Of a stretch of DNA of 64,000 bases, positions 43,301-57,080 are shown one piece after another (the first letter of the stretch is position 1; each line of letters begins with the position of its first letter). Made by a program: the position numbers and the translations under genes. Source of the stretch: Lama glama (Eukaryota); contig CM052816.1 of NCBI GenBank assembly GCA_028534125.1, positions 8,124,001 through 8,188,000 on the forward strand, written 5' to 3'. The notes under the pieces are model-generated. The model worked only from the letters and a program-made list of their open reading frames with translations, was not told where the DNA came from and made no database searches.

Positions 43301-46300
43301 GGAGTGAGGCCCGGTCCAGAGGCTGAGGTTGGACACAGCAGGTTGATGGGCTGATTGATTGATGATTGGTTGTATCAGATCTCTGTGCCATGCATCTTCC
43401 TTATGTCAGGCTCTGGGCTGGATGCTGGAGATCCTGAGTGGAAAAAGTCCTCCACCCCAGGAACCTCCAGTCTGTGGTGATGAGCCCATAGTGGTGAAGA
43501 AGAGTCTGGGCTTTGGAATCAGACAGATGAGAGTGCAAACCTCAGCTCCACCATGTGTGACCCTGGGCAAGCCTTTTCACTCCTCTACAGGTCAGTTGCC
43601 TTCCCTGTAAAATGAAATGAAGACTAGTAACTGACTTCTTAGATGGTAAATAAGATATATCCCGAAGGCCCAGACTGGGTGCTTAGTATCTGCTGTCCAG
43701 CTTGACCATCTGATGGGGCCTGGGCCCTCCTAAATATGGGCCCACCTCCTCCATTTGCCCTCAGCCCCGAGTAGCTTCACTGACCCCGGCAGGAGGAAGC
43801 AGCTTGGATGGGCATCTCCTGTCCGTGCATGTCAGGTTATTTATAGTCGATTTGTTATTGTGGTTGTTGTGGTTGTTATTTCTACTAAGAACATTGATGC
43901 TATGAATAAACTCTGTGCATTTCTCTAGGTGAATGTGGAAACGAGTTTCTCTAGGGTGTACATAATAATAAACAACTGAAAAAATAGGGGTGCTGAGCAA
44001 CCAGGATGAGTGCTCTGGAGCTGGAAACTGGTTCTAGAGGTGTTCTGAGTGGCCAGGTGTTAACCTTATAGTTGCTTGATCATGCAGAGTTTGGGGGTTC
44101 CCCAGAGGAAGAGTTGGGGTGGCTAGAGCACAGGGCATCTCATGGTGAAGGGGTTAGGGGGAGACTGGGAGTAGTAACTATTGACCAACTGGTATTAGTT
44201 GGTTACTGACACCAACATGGAATTATTTCAAAATTTTAACAAATCGGTCAAATCGGTAAGCACTGGCATATATGTGCCTGGGAGTATATATGGCCAGGAG
44301 TGGAATTGCTTAGTTGTAGGCAAAGTAAACGATCAACTTTATAAAACATAATGCCAGATCGTTTTCCGAATCACTTACCTGCACAGACATTTCCTCTAGT
44401 AGAAAGCATCCTTGGCAACACTTGATATTGTCACGTTCCTTGTTTTTTGCCGATCTAGTGGATGTAAAATGATGTAAAGGTCTTAATTTGTATGTCTCTG
44501 AATCCTAATGAGGTTAAACATTTTTTCATATGTTTATGGGCCTAGAGCCATTTGCATAAAGGACCTGGGCGTCTGATACTGCAGAGAACTTTCTGCTACC
44601 TGCCATAATAAACAGTCAGGTCATCAACAGTCACGTAAGAGCATGGGGCAGGAAGCCAGGAGACCTGGGTTCCAGCCTCAGCATAGTCACACCCCTACTC
44701 TGTGGTTGTAGGCAAGGCATTTGCTTTTTCTGAGACTCAACTTGAGCATCAGTCAAGATGAGGAGAGCCTTATTCTGCTCACAGATTGGGCAACTAAGAG
44801 ATCAAATGAGATCATGGAAGTAAATGTGCTTTGGGGACTGAAAAATCCTGCACCAGGCAGGGATATGTCTTCCCTCTTTGAAGACAATTTAAGGAGGCTT
44901 TGAAGCCCAGGGGCGCAGGAGCAGCCAGCCAGCCTCCTGGAAGCAGAGAGCATCAGCTCCAAGGCCTGAATGAATGTCTCCTTCCTTCCTTCCTGCCCCC
45001 GCCCCAAGCACTTTCTACCCCCATCCGGCAAAGAAGGAACAAATTCCTTTAACTTATGGCACAAACATGCCTTAGGCACCCTGAGAGGTTTTGGGAACCC
45101 AAACTCATGCCCAGGCTGCTCTAATAGAAAGATGGCGGCCCCCCTGGGGCCGAGTCCTTTCCTGGGAGGCCTGCGGGGGAGGCAGCAGGGCCGGCAGGTG
45201 GCCACGGGCTTAGCTGCTCAGGCTAAGACACAGAGATGCAGCCACACAACAGAGCCCAACTCTTAGGTTCATGGCTCTTTCCTCTGTTCCTTCTGACCTC
45301 ATATTCCTCATCTGTTCAGCACTGGGGTGGTTGGGGCGCCTGGGGAAGGGGAAGGAAGAATCAATATGCACTTTGCTTGACTCACCTCAGTGTCATAGAG
45401 TGTCCCGCTGGCTGGTAGAGAAATACACGGTAGGGGGAATCACCCCACTCTACCCTCAACCCCTGAACATTCAGTGAGGAGGAAGATTCAGCAGCGCACA
45501 ACAGGACACTGAGGTGGGTATGGAGAGACAAGGCTTCCTGAAGTGGTCTCTTTAAAGCCAAGACTTAAGGGACCACTAAACATGGGAAGAGGGCAGGAAA
45601 AGGGACCCCAGGCAGAGAGAATAGCACGTGCAAAGGCCGGGAGCTAAGACAGAGCATGCAAACTCACATACACAGTGGACGGAAGGGTGGGGGCATGGGA
45701 GATGAGAGGCCTGGACGTCAGCAGAGGATAGTATCACCCAATGCCTTGACTTTGAGGCTTCTAGATTGGGACTGGGACAAAGGAGGGGAGAGAATTTGAG
45801 GAATCACTGAGGCAACAGTGGGCTCTTGGCAGGAGCTGGGAACATGGGAGGGGGAGAGAGGGAGAGGACAGGGTGGCGGTGATAATGAGCTTGGCTTTGG
45901 CCTCTCAAACGTTGAGGGGGGTCACTGCTAAGGTTGCTTCCAGCGCTGACCTTCTCAACTTCCCTGGAAGGAAGGAACATCTCCCTGCGGCCCCTCCACC
46001 CCTAAATATTCCGAGCAGGAAGGATCGAGATCTGTTTTGTCAATGTAGCTTGCAATAAAAAGCCTCATTCAGGGAGGCAAACAGCTGCTTGACTATTAAT
46101 AGGCAGGGGCCTCAGCCGCAGCCTGCTGGGAGGGCCTGGGCATGCAATTCTCGAAAGGTGAATCGGCTCCTTCTGCCTGTCTGGATTTTGCACCCCGTGT
46201 TGGGACAATTGGCCAGGTGCTTATTTCTCAGGTCAGTCACCCTAAGGCTTGGCTGGGGCTGCTTGGAACGCATGTGGCAGGCTCCACTGGGATGCTGACC

Positions 46301-48974
46301 CTCCCGCTTCCTGCCAGACCCAGCCTGAGGGAGAGGGAGCCCGAGGACCCAGAGCTGGCCAGAGAAGCAGACATCCATGTGGGTGGCTGGTGCGGGGGAA
46401 ATGTCTGGTTGGGGTCTCCACAGCTGCTCTTAGGGAGGATCAGGCACCCACCTTGGAGGGGGTCATGGAGAGATTTAGAGTTGGGTGACTGAAGGCAATT
46501 GGGGGTGGGGGTCGGGTCAGTTGAGAAACAAGGGAACTGACAGAAGAAAATGGAGGATAGAGGAGGCGGAGGTTAAGCCTGGGGTGGGTTAATAAGGAGA
46601 GGGCCTGTGCACCGGGCATCTCAGGTCATGAGCCAGACCAAGGCTCAGAGCAGCCTGGAAGTCCAGACCTGAGAGAGTGAGGCCTGGGGAAGGCCACAGG
46701 CTTCTTCTGGCTGCCGCCATCATGACGCATGACCTCATCTGTGGCTGGCCAGATCGCCCCTCTGAACCGGCCTGTGGAGAGGCCGGCTGGGAGCGAGCTA
46801 ATGGAAACCCGCCGGGCGCCCTGGGCCACAGCGAGGCCCAGTCCTGCCGCCCGAGCAGCCCCGTGGCGCCTGCCGGAGCCGGGGAGCGGGCGCGGGGCTC
46901 ACAGGCTGGCTTTGTTCCCGCCCTCTCAGGTGGCTGCTTCAGGTGGTGGCCACTTCAAAGAAGCCTCATTTAAAGCAGGGCCTCGCCTCAAGTTTCCTCA
47001 GGGCCCTGTCCGGGCTAATGAGATCATTAAGAGGCGCCTTGTTAAATGGGTTTAAATAGGGTTTGCCTGCACGGCCTCTAGCTGAGCCCTGCGCTCTGGG
47101 TGCAGTATATATATATATATTTTAATTTTAACGTGTGTGAATTTGTATCTGTGTATGTACTTAATAACATGTTTGACTGTGTAGGTTCTGGCTTTGGATG
47201 GCTGGGATTGAATCCTGACCCCCTTACTTTCTGGTATTGCGACCTCAGGCCAGTTGCCGGCTCCACCCCTCAGTGCCTCGGTTTCCCCACCCTTAGAAGG
47301 CGGCCAATGCCTGTAGTGCTGAATCGCCTAGAACCATCTGGTGACCCCCACTGCCCTCAGGAGAGGGACCAGGTTCCTTAGAATGGCCTGTGCTTGGCCC
47401 CATTCCTCACCACACCCCTTTCTCATTCTTCCTCACTTGGACCCTGAGGACCAGCCTGTGAGATCAGCCTTCAGGAATGCTGTTTACTCATCGTGGGAAG
47501 ATCTTGCCTTCACCTTCCCCTGCCTCACCTTCCTTCTCATTGAGGTCCCCTCCAGAGTACTGCTTCCCAGGGAGCCTCTGCTGGTCCCTCACCAGTTCCA
47601 TCTGTCCCTCATGATGGCGCTCTCTGCATTGTGTTGAAATGCCCTGCCAACTCAGTGGCTTTCTTTGCTAGGCTGTAAGCTCTGTGAGGACAGGGACTCA
47701 GCCATGTCCCCAGGGCCCAGTGCTAAACATGATAGTTTCTTAATAAGCCTCTGCCATTTATTTGTAGTTTGTTTAAAGGTTAGGCTTCCTCGGGGTCTCT
47801 TGTCATTGGCTGTTCCTTGAAGTTGTCCCCCCCTTCCTTCTCACTGGCTTTGACTCAGAACCCTAGTGCAGCGAAGCCTGTGCCAAGAGAGCACGGGGCG
47901 GTGCGGAGGGGAGGAGGTGGCACCCAGACCCAGGCTTCCTGGAAGCCAAGCCCACCTGGATGCAGGCTGTCATTCCTTCATCAACACCACGAACCCAACC
48001 TCTTGATTAGGTCTATCTGGGTCCACTGGGCCTTCACCTGAGGATGGTATGCAGATTTCCAGAGCATTCTGAATTTTTGTAATTGTTTTCCCCAGAACCC
48101 CACAACATTGGTGTCTAAGTTGATAGGGAGGCCCATGGAGGGGTGCCCAGCCCTGAGTGGGAGGTCTAAGGCCATTTGGCCAGTGTAGCAGGAGGGAGCT
48201 CAGGATTCTTACTGAGGGAGGAATAGCATTTTTAAGTCAAAGGGGTGAGGAAAGAGCGGATAAATGGAGGTAGAGTAAGAAAACTAAAGCTGGGGGTGGG
48301 ACAATCAAGAGAGAACCAGAGCCAGCTTGGAGGAGGGAACGGAGGCTGGTGGTTCAGGACAAGTGTGTGAGCAGATGAACCCACCACTACTTGAGCCGTC
48401 AGGGAAGCTTAGAGGGGCCACTCAGGCTAGATACTCATCTTCCCACTAAACCAGGAAGTCCTCAAGGAGATAGACCATGTACTCTTGACTTCTGTGTTCC
48501 CCGGATTGCAGAATGAATCTCAAATCTTTTCATTCAGTCAGCATTTAACAGAAGAGTTCTCTCCTCTGGGTGTGTGAAATTGACAATACTCCTCCTCTTC
48601 ATAAAAATAGATCTAATTTGTCGAGCTCTTACCATGTACCAGGCACGGTGCTGAATACTCCACATCCATCATCTCCAACTCTGCCAAGTCCACAAGAGGA
48701 GGAACTGGGCCTGTTTGGGCTCACCACCGCGTCCCAGGGCCAAGCGCAAGCCTGACACAGAGCCGATGCTAAATATATATTTGTTGAATGAACAAATAAT
48801 CCTGCCTATAACCTGTATTTTACAGATGAGGAGCCGAATCTCTAACAGACTGCATAACTAAGGTTATTCAGCTAGTGGGATGGGGAAGTCAGGATTTGTA
48901 CACAGGGCTGTCTGACTCCAAAGTTCACGGGCTTAGCCTTGCTCTGCAGTCACCCCTGTTATCCCAGAACTCAC

Positions 48975-49090
48975 TAGCAAAGTGTGGCCTGAGAACCAGC
49001 ATCATGGGCATCATCTGGGAGCTGACTGGAAATGCAGGCTCTCAGCTGCACCCCAGATCTATTGATTCAGAAGCCGCATTGTAACAAGCA
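48975..49090. mobile_element. MER5A-like hAT MITE
   Basis: CAAAGTGTGG...CAGCATC...CTGGGAGCT..GAAATGCAG..TCTCAG..CACCCCAGA..TACT/TATTGA.TCAGAA..CGCATT..AACAAG. Confidence 0.75.
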
Positions 49091-50836
49091 TGATGAGCCC
49101 GTTTTCAGTGGCACACACTTCTTCCCTCCTCCCCAGCCAATCCGCCCACTCCCACGGCCACTCAGGGGGTCTAAACTTTTGGCTGCCAAGCAGCCTCAAT
49201 CAAACTGCACTTGGCCATTGAGTCCTTTGTCCTTTGCCATGAGACTGCTGGGTGTAATTGTAGTGCTGGCAGCTTTGGCCGTGACTTTTAAAATTATTAC
49301 CACTGAAGGATCAAAAGCATATTTTCACCTTTTAAATCTTGTACAAAGTCTCTAGCACCTTGAGGTTCACATCCATGAAAATGGGGGCAGAGTTTTCTAG
49401 CTCGTGGTCTTGCCTCTGAACAGGACCATTGGAGGGGGTCTCATCTGGACAGCGGCTCTCGATCCCCTGCTCCTCTGCATCTGATCGCAGAGGTGGTAGA
49501 TTCTCAGCCCGGCTTCTGTTTATTATGAACAGACAATTTAATCCAATAATTATGCTCATGAGCAATTCCCCAATGATTTAAGAAACTCTGCCTGTTTACG
49601 TTCTGAAGATGATGAGTTTAGGCTTTCGAAACAGCTTAAAGAATTGTTCCGTCTAACCAAAGGAACAGAGAAGATGGCTCATGGTTTATTTCACCCAAGT
49701 TTCCCCCTCCCCCACTTCTCTCTCTGGACGAGGCCTCCCAGGTCCCCAGGGCACTGACCCCCTTGGGTCTTTTGTCTCTCCTAATTCCTTTTGTGCTGCT
49801 CATGTTCGACAAGTCAACGTAGGGATTTTCTCCAGACTCACCTGACTTCTGCTTATGGGTTTATCGAAATTAAGAATTCTTAACCTGAGTTCTGTGAAAT
49901 GAACTAGGAAACCTATGATCACCAAGACATTGTATGTGAAATTTGGTGCCTGTGAGCATTTTTATGGGGAAGAGTCAGTAATTTTCTCAGATTCTTAGTG
50001 GGATCTGTGACCTCTAAAAGATCACTGGTCTTTCTTGCCTCTAACTTTCAGGACCCACATCTGTCTTTCATTTTGTATTCAAGTGACTTGGATTCTACCT
50101 TATTCGAGAAACTGTAAGCTCCACATGAGTCAGGACTAGAACCAGTGCCACTCACATCAGAGGTTCTTCCTTTTAAAGTATGAGGCCCTTCTCTGAAGTG
50201 CATTAACCTCCTCATACCAACACACATGAAAGGAGTTGCAATTTCATTGTTTTCAGACAGTCCTTGATGTAACAACAGCCTCCTGGACCTCTTCAAAAAA
50301 ACCTCTGCCTCCTCGCCCCCAGGAATCTGTAGCTCACAGGTTGAGACTTTGGTCATAGATAATAAGAAAGGACTAATTCTTAGATACTATCGAGTTCAAT
50401 TCCCCCATTTCACAGATGAGGACACTAAGGCTACTAAGAAGAGAAGTGACTTGCCCAAGGTCATACAGAGTGTCTGTCAGAGCTGGGGCTAGGAAACAAG
50501 TGTTCTGATTCCCTGAATTCTATGCCTATCCCCCACTGAGGCTTGTGTAGATGTTCTCAAGAAATGTTTGTGAAATAAATGAATGAATATTGGGCAGGGG
50601 AAGGATGCCTGTAGATCTGAAGTTTTCTCTAGTTAGCTAAAATAGGTTGATAGGGTCTGGTTCTCTCCCTCTGTCTCTCTCTCTCACACACATACCCCTA
50701 GACGGGGCTGATGCAGCAGTTTGAGCCTGGAGGAAAAGACCGAAAGGACAAGGGGGCTTCTCTCTTAGGAGCTTAAGGTTAAGGAGCCCTAACTTGATTT
50801 CATTTGAATCCCAACCTCAGTTTCTAACAATAATCC

Positions 50837-51001
50837 TTTTTTTAAATTTATTTTTACATTTTTTAGTTGGGGAGGTAATTAGGTTTCTTTTTTTATTTTA
50901 TTTTATTTTATTATTTTTTTCAAATGGAGGTACTGGAGACTGAACCTAGGACCTCGTGCATGCTAAGCATGTGCTCTACCGCTGAGCTAGACCCACCCCC
51001 C
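50837..51001 (-). mobile_element. Vic-1-like SINE
   Basis: Same family on the minus strand with AAACCTAATTACCTCCCC tail; TSD-like TCTAA(C/T)AATAA at 50823 and 51002. Confidence 0.85.
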
Positions 51002-52699
51002 TCTAATAATAACACTTATCATTACCACTTTCCAAGCATACATGCATTCATTTGATTATTATTTATTGAGCCACTTTTATGTGTTGAGCCCTGTGCTGGG
51101 CTGAGGATGTGAGGATCAGGAGATACAGGCATGGCCCCTGTCCTTTGGTTGCCCTCCGACGTGATGGCTATAAACCTTTAGAGACCAAAGAACCGATTGT
51201 CTCCGCTCTCCTGACTGCAAGTCTGATAGATCTTTGTTGAGCCAAGGGAGTGCAAGCAGCCAGGATCACTTCCTCCTTGGGGTGGGCACTACTGCTCTTG
51301 CCGTTCCCAACGCCAGGACTGGAAGGAACTTGGAGGGCATGCAGTTCAATGTTTTATTTCATATGGGGAAACTGAGGCCCAGAGCAGCCATGGGACTTAC
51401 CTAAAGTAATCAGAACCAGGGGTCCAGCCAGGATCAACACCTGGGTCTTGGAGGGTAGTTCTCAGGGCTGGATAAACCAGGGGCAGAGAGGAAGGCATTC
51501 CGGGGGAAGGTGGGAGCAAGGGCAGAGGCCAAGAGGTGGGAACACACATGGGATGAAGGGAACAGGGAAGAAGGCAGCCCTGGCTTTTCACATGTTGCTC
51601 TGGAGTCAGACAGAGAGAGGCTGCCTTGGATGTGAGGGCAAGGTCACTATCACGGAGAAGTTGTCATGCGGCCAGCTGCAGAAGCTGAGCCCAACGCTGG
51701 CCTCAGGCGCCAGGGGACCTGGCAGGAGGGAAACAGAATTGTTATCAAGTTTATGAAGTACCTCTTTGTACCAAAACATTTATATATATTGACCTTGTCA
51801 AGAAGAAACTTGCTGCCCATCCCACCATTCCCCAAAGAATCGTGAGGATCAAATAATAATTATTGTTACAACAACAATAGCAGCATCCATTTACTTGAGA
51901 TGCAAACGTGAGAGTCATGAGTTAGCAAGCAGTCAGACATGATAGTCAGAGCCACTGTATCCATCCAATTTTACATCAAGGAAGTGGCTCCACAGAGGAG
52001 GAGACTTGCTCATGGTCCCACAGTGGGCCAGCGGTGGGTGGGGTTAGGACTTGGGTCCTCCTGCCCAGAGGTCAGGGCCTGGCCTGATGCTCCTTGCTCT
52101 ACAGCCAGCCCCAAAGAGGGGGAGCACAGCCTTGAACCTCGAGGTATGGGCTGGGCCATGCCATGCAGTTCCCGCAGCCCCCCACCCTCCCTGACTCTGG
52201 GGATGCAGCCCCATGGGGTCTGTGGCTGCCCTCTCTGCCTCGCAGGCAAAGACATCACCCACAGGTCCCGCTGTCATCAGACCTGCCCTGAAGCAAGTCC
52301 GCTTCTGCCTGGCCAAGTTCTGGCAGCGGCTCCGGGGCCACTGACATCTCCGGCAGTCACCAGGTTGCTGGCTTCAAGGGTTTCCAGTTTCCCTCTTCCT
52401 AGCCAGAGGGAGATGAGCAGAGGAAACCCCAGGCCTAAAGTTGAGGGCCTGGTTTTGCAATAATGCAAAAAGGACCTGGCACAAAGCTCGGAAGAGAAGA
52501 AATCAACTGGAAAAGTGTGGGCAATTATCTCTGGACAACATGTGTGTGGTCTGGGAGGTGAGAGCTCCAGGTGCCTGCACTCACATAGCAGAGCAGGGTG
52601 ATTTGCACAGCGAAGGGACACATTCTTGTGATGAATGTAGATGGTGTCTAGAGATGGTGCTGTCCACGGAATCCCTTAATGAGAAAGAGCTGAAAAGTT

Positions 52700-53120
52700 C
52701 AATTATATTTTCAGGCCTTCTCATTATACCATTTTAATTTGATGCTAACATGTCTTTAATACCTCTCTAAGCCTTGCTAGTGTGCGCGCGGTGTGTGTGT
52801 GTGTATATATATACACTGAAAAAAAATGTTTTTAAAGCAGGCCTTGGGCTCGGAGCCTTTGGCAAGCAACAGTATCTAGTTAGAATTTAATAACATTGTT
52901 TTTATGGTATTTATTTTTACTTTTAGCTCCTATTTATGGCAGGTGAGACTGGTTTTCCATTTGCAGTAGTGATATAAAGTTTCCATTTTAAAGGTATTTG
53001 TTTAAGTTAAAAAGAGTCTATTTAAAGAAAAATACTAAATGAATAATAATACAGGTGGTATGCAGACATAACCTACTCGGTAAAGGTGGTACAGGTCCCA
53101 CCGAAATTTGGGAAATACTG
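52700..53120. mobile_element. hAT-Charlie-like DNA transposon fragment
   Basis: Ends TTTGGGAAATACTG; shares sequence with 38150-38230 and 63400-63545. Confidence 0.6.
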
Positions 53121-55809
53121 ACATGTGCAATCGTGGAACAAAAATGTCATGCATTCTCAGAATCAAAGACCGTTGAATTTTAGAAGTCCAGGATTCTAGA
53201 ATCCCAGAACACAGAATCTTAGCACCATAAATCCTAAGACGAACAATATAATATATGAGATATTATAAAACACAGTCTGTCACAAAATCTTAGCATGCGG
53301 GGGAGAAAAGTCTTAAAGCCATCTGTTGGTTCAATTTCCTGATGTTGATGTGGGGAAACTGAGGCCCCAAGAGATTAAGGATAGAATGAAATAACACATG
53401 TAAAAGAGCTTTGTAAAACATAATGTGTTCTTCAAACATTAGGGAGATTTATAAAAGGATCCCCCAAAGTCACAGGGCTTTCTGCAGAGAACCCAGACTG
53501 AAATCAGGTTTCTTGACTCCTGCCCCTGCATGTGGCACCTTCTCGTCCCCCTCAGCTTATGATGAATTTCTTGAGGTTGCTCCGTCTCTGCTGGGAGCTG
53601 GGGGGACACCTGCTCAAGCTCCTCCAGAGCTGGGAGAAGAAGGGGAGGCCGTGTTCAGGGGTCCTGGGTGTAGGGACTCATGCAGTGCAGTGGGGGGTCG
53701 GGGGGCACATTTAGTCCTCTCCCTTCTCTGAGCTGAGTTCCCGCCTGCAAGACCAGTGTGCTACCAGATGGCCTCTGAGGGAAAACCTATTTTATGATTC
53801 TAACTCAGCTTTTTTCTGGGGGCTCAATTTCTTCTTCTGTCTGATAGTCAGAAAACCAACCAACACTTTTGCTAACCCCCAGAGCTGTGGGCGTAATTCC
53901 CAGGGTCTCATCTGTAAAGAGAGCAGGGGTCCATCCCAAAGGCATCTTGGAAGGTCTCACTGGAGACCAGGACCGTAGGCAAGGCAAAGTCCTGAGACCT
54001 ATTGATGGGATGAAGGGAAAGACATCCATCACTGTGCTGGGAGAGACCCCTATGCCCCGCTTCTGCAAGAGTGACTGACCTTCCTTGCTCCATGTACCTG
54101 AAATTCCTGGGCTCTCCTTGGCCTGGGGCCAACTGCCCTGAGAGTTGGGGCTCTAAGATCCGGTGACAGACTGCACCATGCAGGGAGGTCGGGTGTGCTG
54201 TTCCAACTTAATGCCTCTGGGTACCCAGCTTTTAGAACTGCCCACCAGGCCACAGGCACAAAGTGTGGCCCCATCCAGGTCCCAGGCCTTCTTTACACTG
54301 TAGGGAGAGGACGCCTCTGCCAGGGGTCACGGGAGTAGCAGTTTCCTCCAACCGCACAGGCAATGAGCCCTTTCTGCTGATGACCAGTCCTAAGGGAACT
54401 CCTTCAGATTAATTATCCTGGAGATCCAGGGCCACAGAGTTGCCCCCTTCTCATAGGGGCACCTCTTCTGCCAGGCCCAAATTTTCACACCCACTTCTGA
54501 AGTGTGTTCTCTCTCCCTCTCCCCCAAGAACTGTTTCATGTGGCTTTTGGGAGGGGAAATGCCATGGGTAGTTGCTTCTCTGTAGCTGCCTGGCTGGGGC
54601 CGCAGCAACCCCCTTTTCCTGAGGTGGCCCGCAGCCCACCTCCCCGGTGCCAGGGGCCCTAGGTGTTCAGTGATGTGGATTCCTGTGCAAGTTCCAGGTG
54701 GCCCAGCAGCAGCTCCCACCGACATGACTGACCCTTCCCGGCCCACCGTCCTCCAGACAGGCGCCTGAGGAGGAGGAAAAAAAGGACCACTTCTCCTCGC
54801 CGCCGGCCCTCGGAAGCATCTAAGCCATTCTCCCTACATTAATCATGGAAAAGACAGCATGCCCCAGCCTGGGAGGGAGAAAGCGCCTTTTTCATCTGTC
54901 TGGCTATATGGGTCTCAACACAAAAGTTCAGCTCCAGCCAAGCTCTCGCTCTTGACAGCTGTCTCGCTGTCTCTGACCCATCTCGGCCTCTTCCAGCCAC
55001 ACCCGTAAAAGGTAACAGGATTAAGTCAATTTCACTCTGCTGAGAAAACGCTCTGCAGTCTGTCTTGTCCACTGTGCCGTGGAGGCCAGCTCAGGCTCCT
55101 TGGCACCCATCGGCGGGATCCCCGCCCTCCCTGGCCGTTACTCTGGGCTGGGACTGTTAAGTATTTCCTCATTAAAGGCCTGGCAGCTCAGCTCAGGTCT
55201 GCAAGCCAACACCAATAGTTACAACCGCCCCAGAATGTTTGGACAGATTTCTGCAGTTACGAGTTTATGAAGTTGAAAGGTTTTATAGATGGGAGACCAT
55301 GTTGGTGTTAGGGAGACCATTTCTCCGGGTGGAGGGGGGCACTGAGTCTGCTGTCTTAAGATCCTAGCAGCAGGAAGAGAAGGGGAGAGGGCCAGAGGGA
55401 ACGGGGAGGCCAACCAACGAGCGAGAGTAATGAGCCCATATCACTGGGAGGTAGAGGCAGGAGTGAGAGGTGGCATCAAGGGGCACTTTTGCCTCCAAAG
55501 GAGGAAATGTAAACTCCACAAAAGGGGAATGCCAAATCCTGAGCACCTTTTGCAACCAAAGGAACATGCATTTGATCTTCGTGTTTTCTGTTCCCAAATC
55601 AGAAAACCTCAGCAAGACCAGGGAGCCTAGGGTAGGTTACAAAGGGGCTGGACCCCCCCTCCCCAAACTGTATGCAAAATGTGTGTCTGTGCCCTTGGTG
55701 AGAGGTTCCCTAAACTGTATTTCATTTGGAAAGCTATCTGTGCCCTGAGCGCCCGAGTTATACCTCCCCTCTCGTTGTGTTGATAGGCAAATTGAGACCG
55801 ATTCTAGAC

Positions 55810-56330
55810 ATTCATCCACCTGTTCGTCAAATATTTATTGACTGTCTAAGCACTGAGGTCACAGTAGGGAGAAGACAGAAGGTCCCAGCTGGCATGATGC
55901 TGATTGTTTCAGGGAGGCAAAGACAAGGCGGGGTGGGCGTGCACACAGACAATAAAGAGAACAAACAAACAGGACATGTTCAAATGGTGACGAGGCTGTG
56001 AGATGCTGACACAAGCTCGTGGGCAGTTGGGGAAACCTCTCTGAGAAGTGATATTTCAGCTGGGGCTCCAGATTCAAGAAGGAGGCAGCCATGTAAAGAT
56101 CTAAAGAAGAGAGTTCCAGGCAGAGGGAACAGCCAGTGCAAAGGCCCTGAGGGTACAGGAGCTTGGAGGGAAGGCAGGGGGCTAGTGTGGCAGGAAGGAC
56201 ATGAGCAAGAGGCAGGGATGTGAGGACAGGAGACCAGTGAGATGGATCGTGTAGGATCACGACAAGGAATTTAGGATTTATTCTCAGGGCAGCTGGAAGC
56301 CACAGAGTTTGGAGTAGAAGGGACAGAGGT
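55810..56330 (-). mobile_element. L2 3' fragment
   Basis: CAAATATTTATTGA..., GTTCCAGGCAGAGGGAACAGCCAGTGCAAAGGCCCTGAGG. Confidence 0.75.
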
Positions 56331-56954
56331 CCCAAGAGGGGCACATATTGCCTATCTAGAGACTCAACTTAGAATGCCAGAAGTCAAGCCCAGCGTTCTT
56401 TCCGCTGTACCACAGGCCTCTCTCCCCAGGCTGCCCTGCCTCACTCCCTCTCTGCTCTTTGTGGATAAGGAGGAAACCCAAGAAGGGATCTGATGGGTGG
56501 GGTTGCCTCCTTGGCCATTACAGTAATTCAACTGTAGACCATGCTGTATGAAAGGGCCCTACTGTACCATCAGGCCCAGAGAGGGAGAGGGTCTTGCCCA
56601 AGGCCACACAGTGCGTTCATGGCAGAGCAGGGAGTAGACCTACTTTCTCTCCCAGGCCCATGGTCTTGCCACTGGTCCACATGCTCTGGTTTATCACAAC
56701 ACAGTCTGGTCCTGATGGTTAGCCATAGGTTAGGGCCAGGCTGGGGCCCTGAAAGGGGGTGGGCTAGAGTCTAGAGCCAGAGGGAATGACAGACAAAGAG
56801 AAAGCAAGTGGCCCTAGAAGGGAAGCTTGGAGAATGGCCAGGAAACTCCATAAATCTTCTTGTCCTACAGGTAAAAACCACTAAAACAATGAATCCATGC
56901 ACCCGCCTCTTTTCTATTTTAAAGAATTTCACACTTAAATTTAAAATGTTATAC

Positions 56955-57080
56955 GGTGGGGGGAAGGGTGTAGCTCAGTGGTAGAGTGAGTGCTTAGCAT
57001 GCACAAGGTTCTGGGTTCAATCCCCAGTATCTCCATTAAATAAATAAATAAGAACTTAATTAGCTGCCCCACCCCCAGCA
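56955..57080 (+). mobile_element. tRNA-Ala-derived SINE, Vic-1-like (camelid)
   Basis: GGGTGTAGCTCAGTGGTAGAG (A box), GGTTCAATCCC (B box), CTCCATTAAATAAATAAA tail; flanked by GTTATAC at 56948 and 57085. Confidence 0.85.

Noticed and set aside
56960..57035. tRNA-Ala-like sequence (also at 40.2, 50.9 and 14.6 kb)
   Set aside because: G-rich leader, A-rich tail, TSD-like flanks and stem mismatches indicate SINEs, not tRNA genes.
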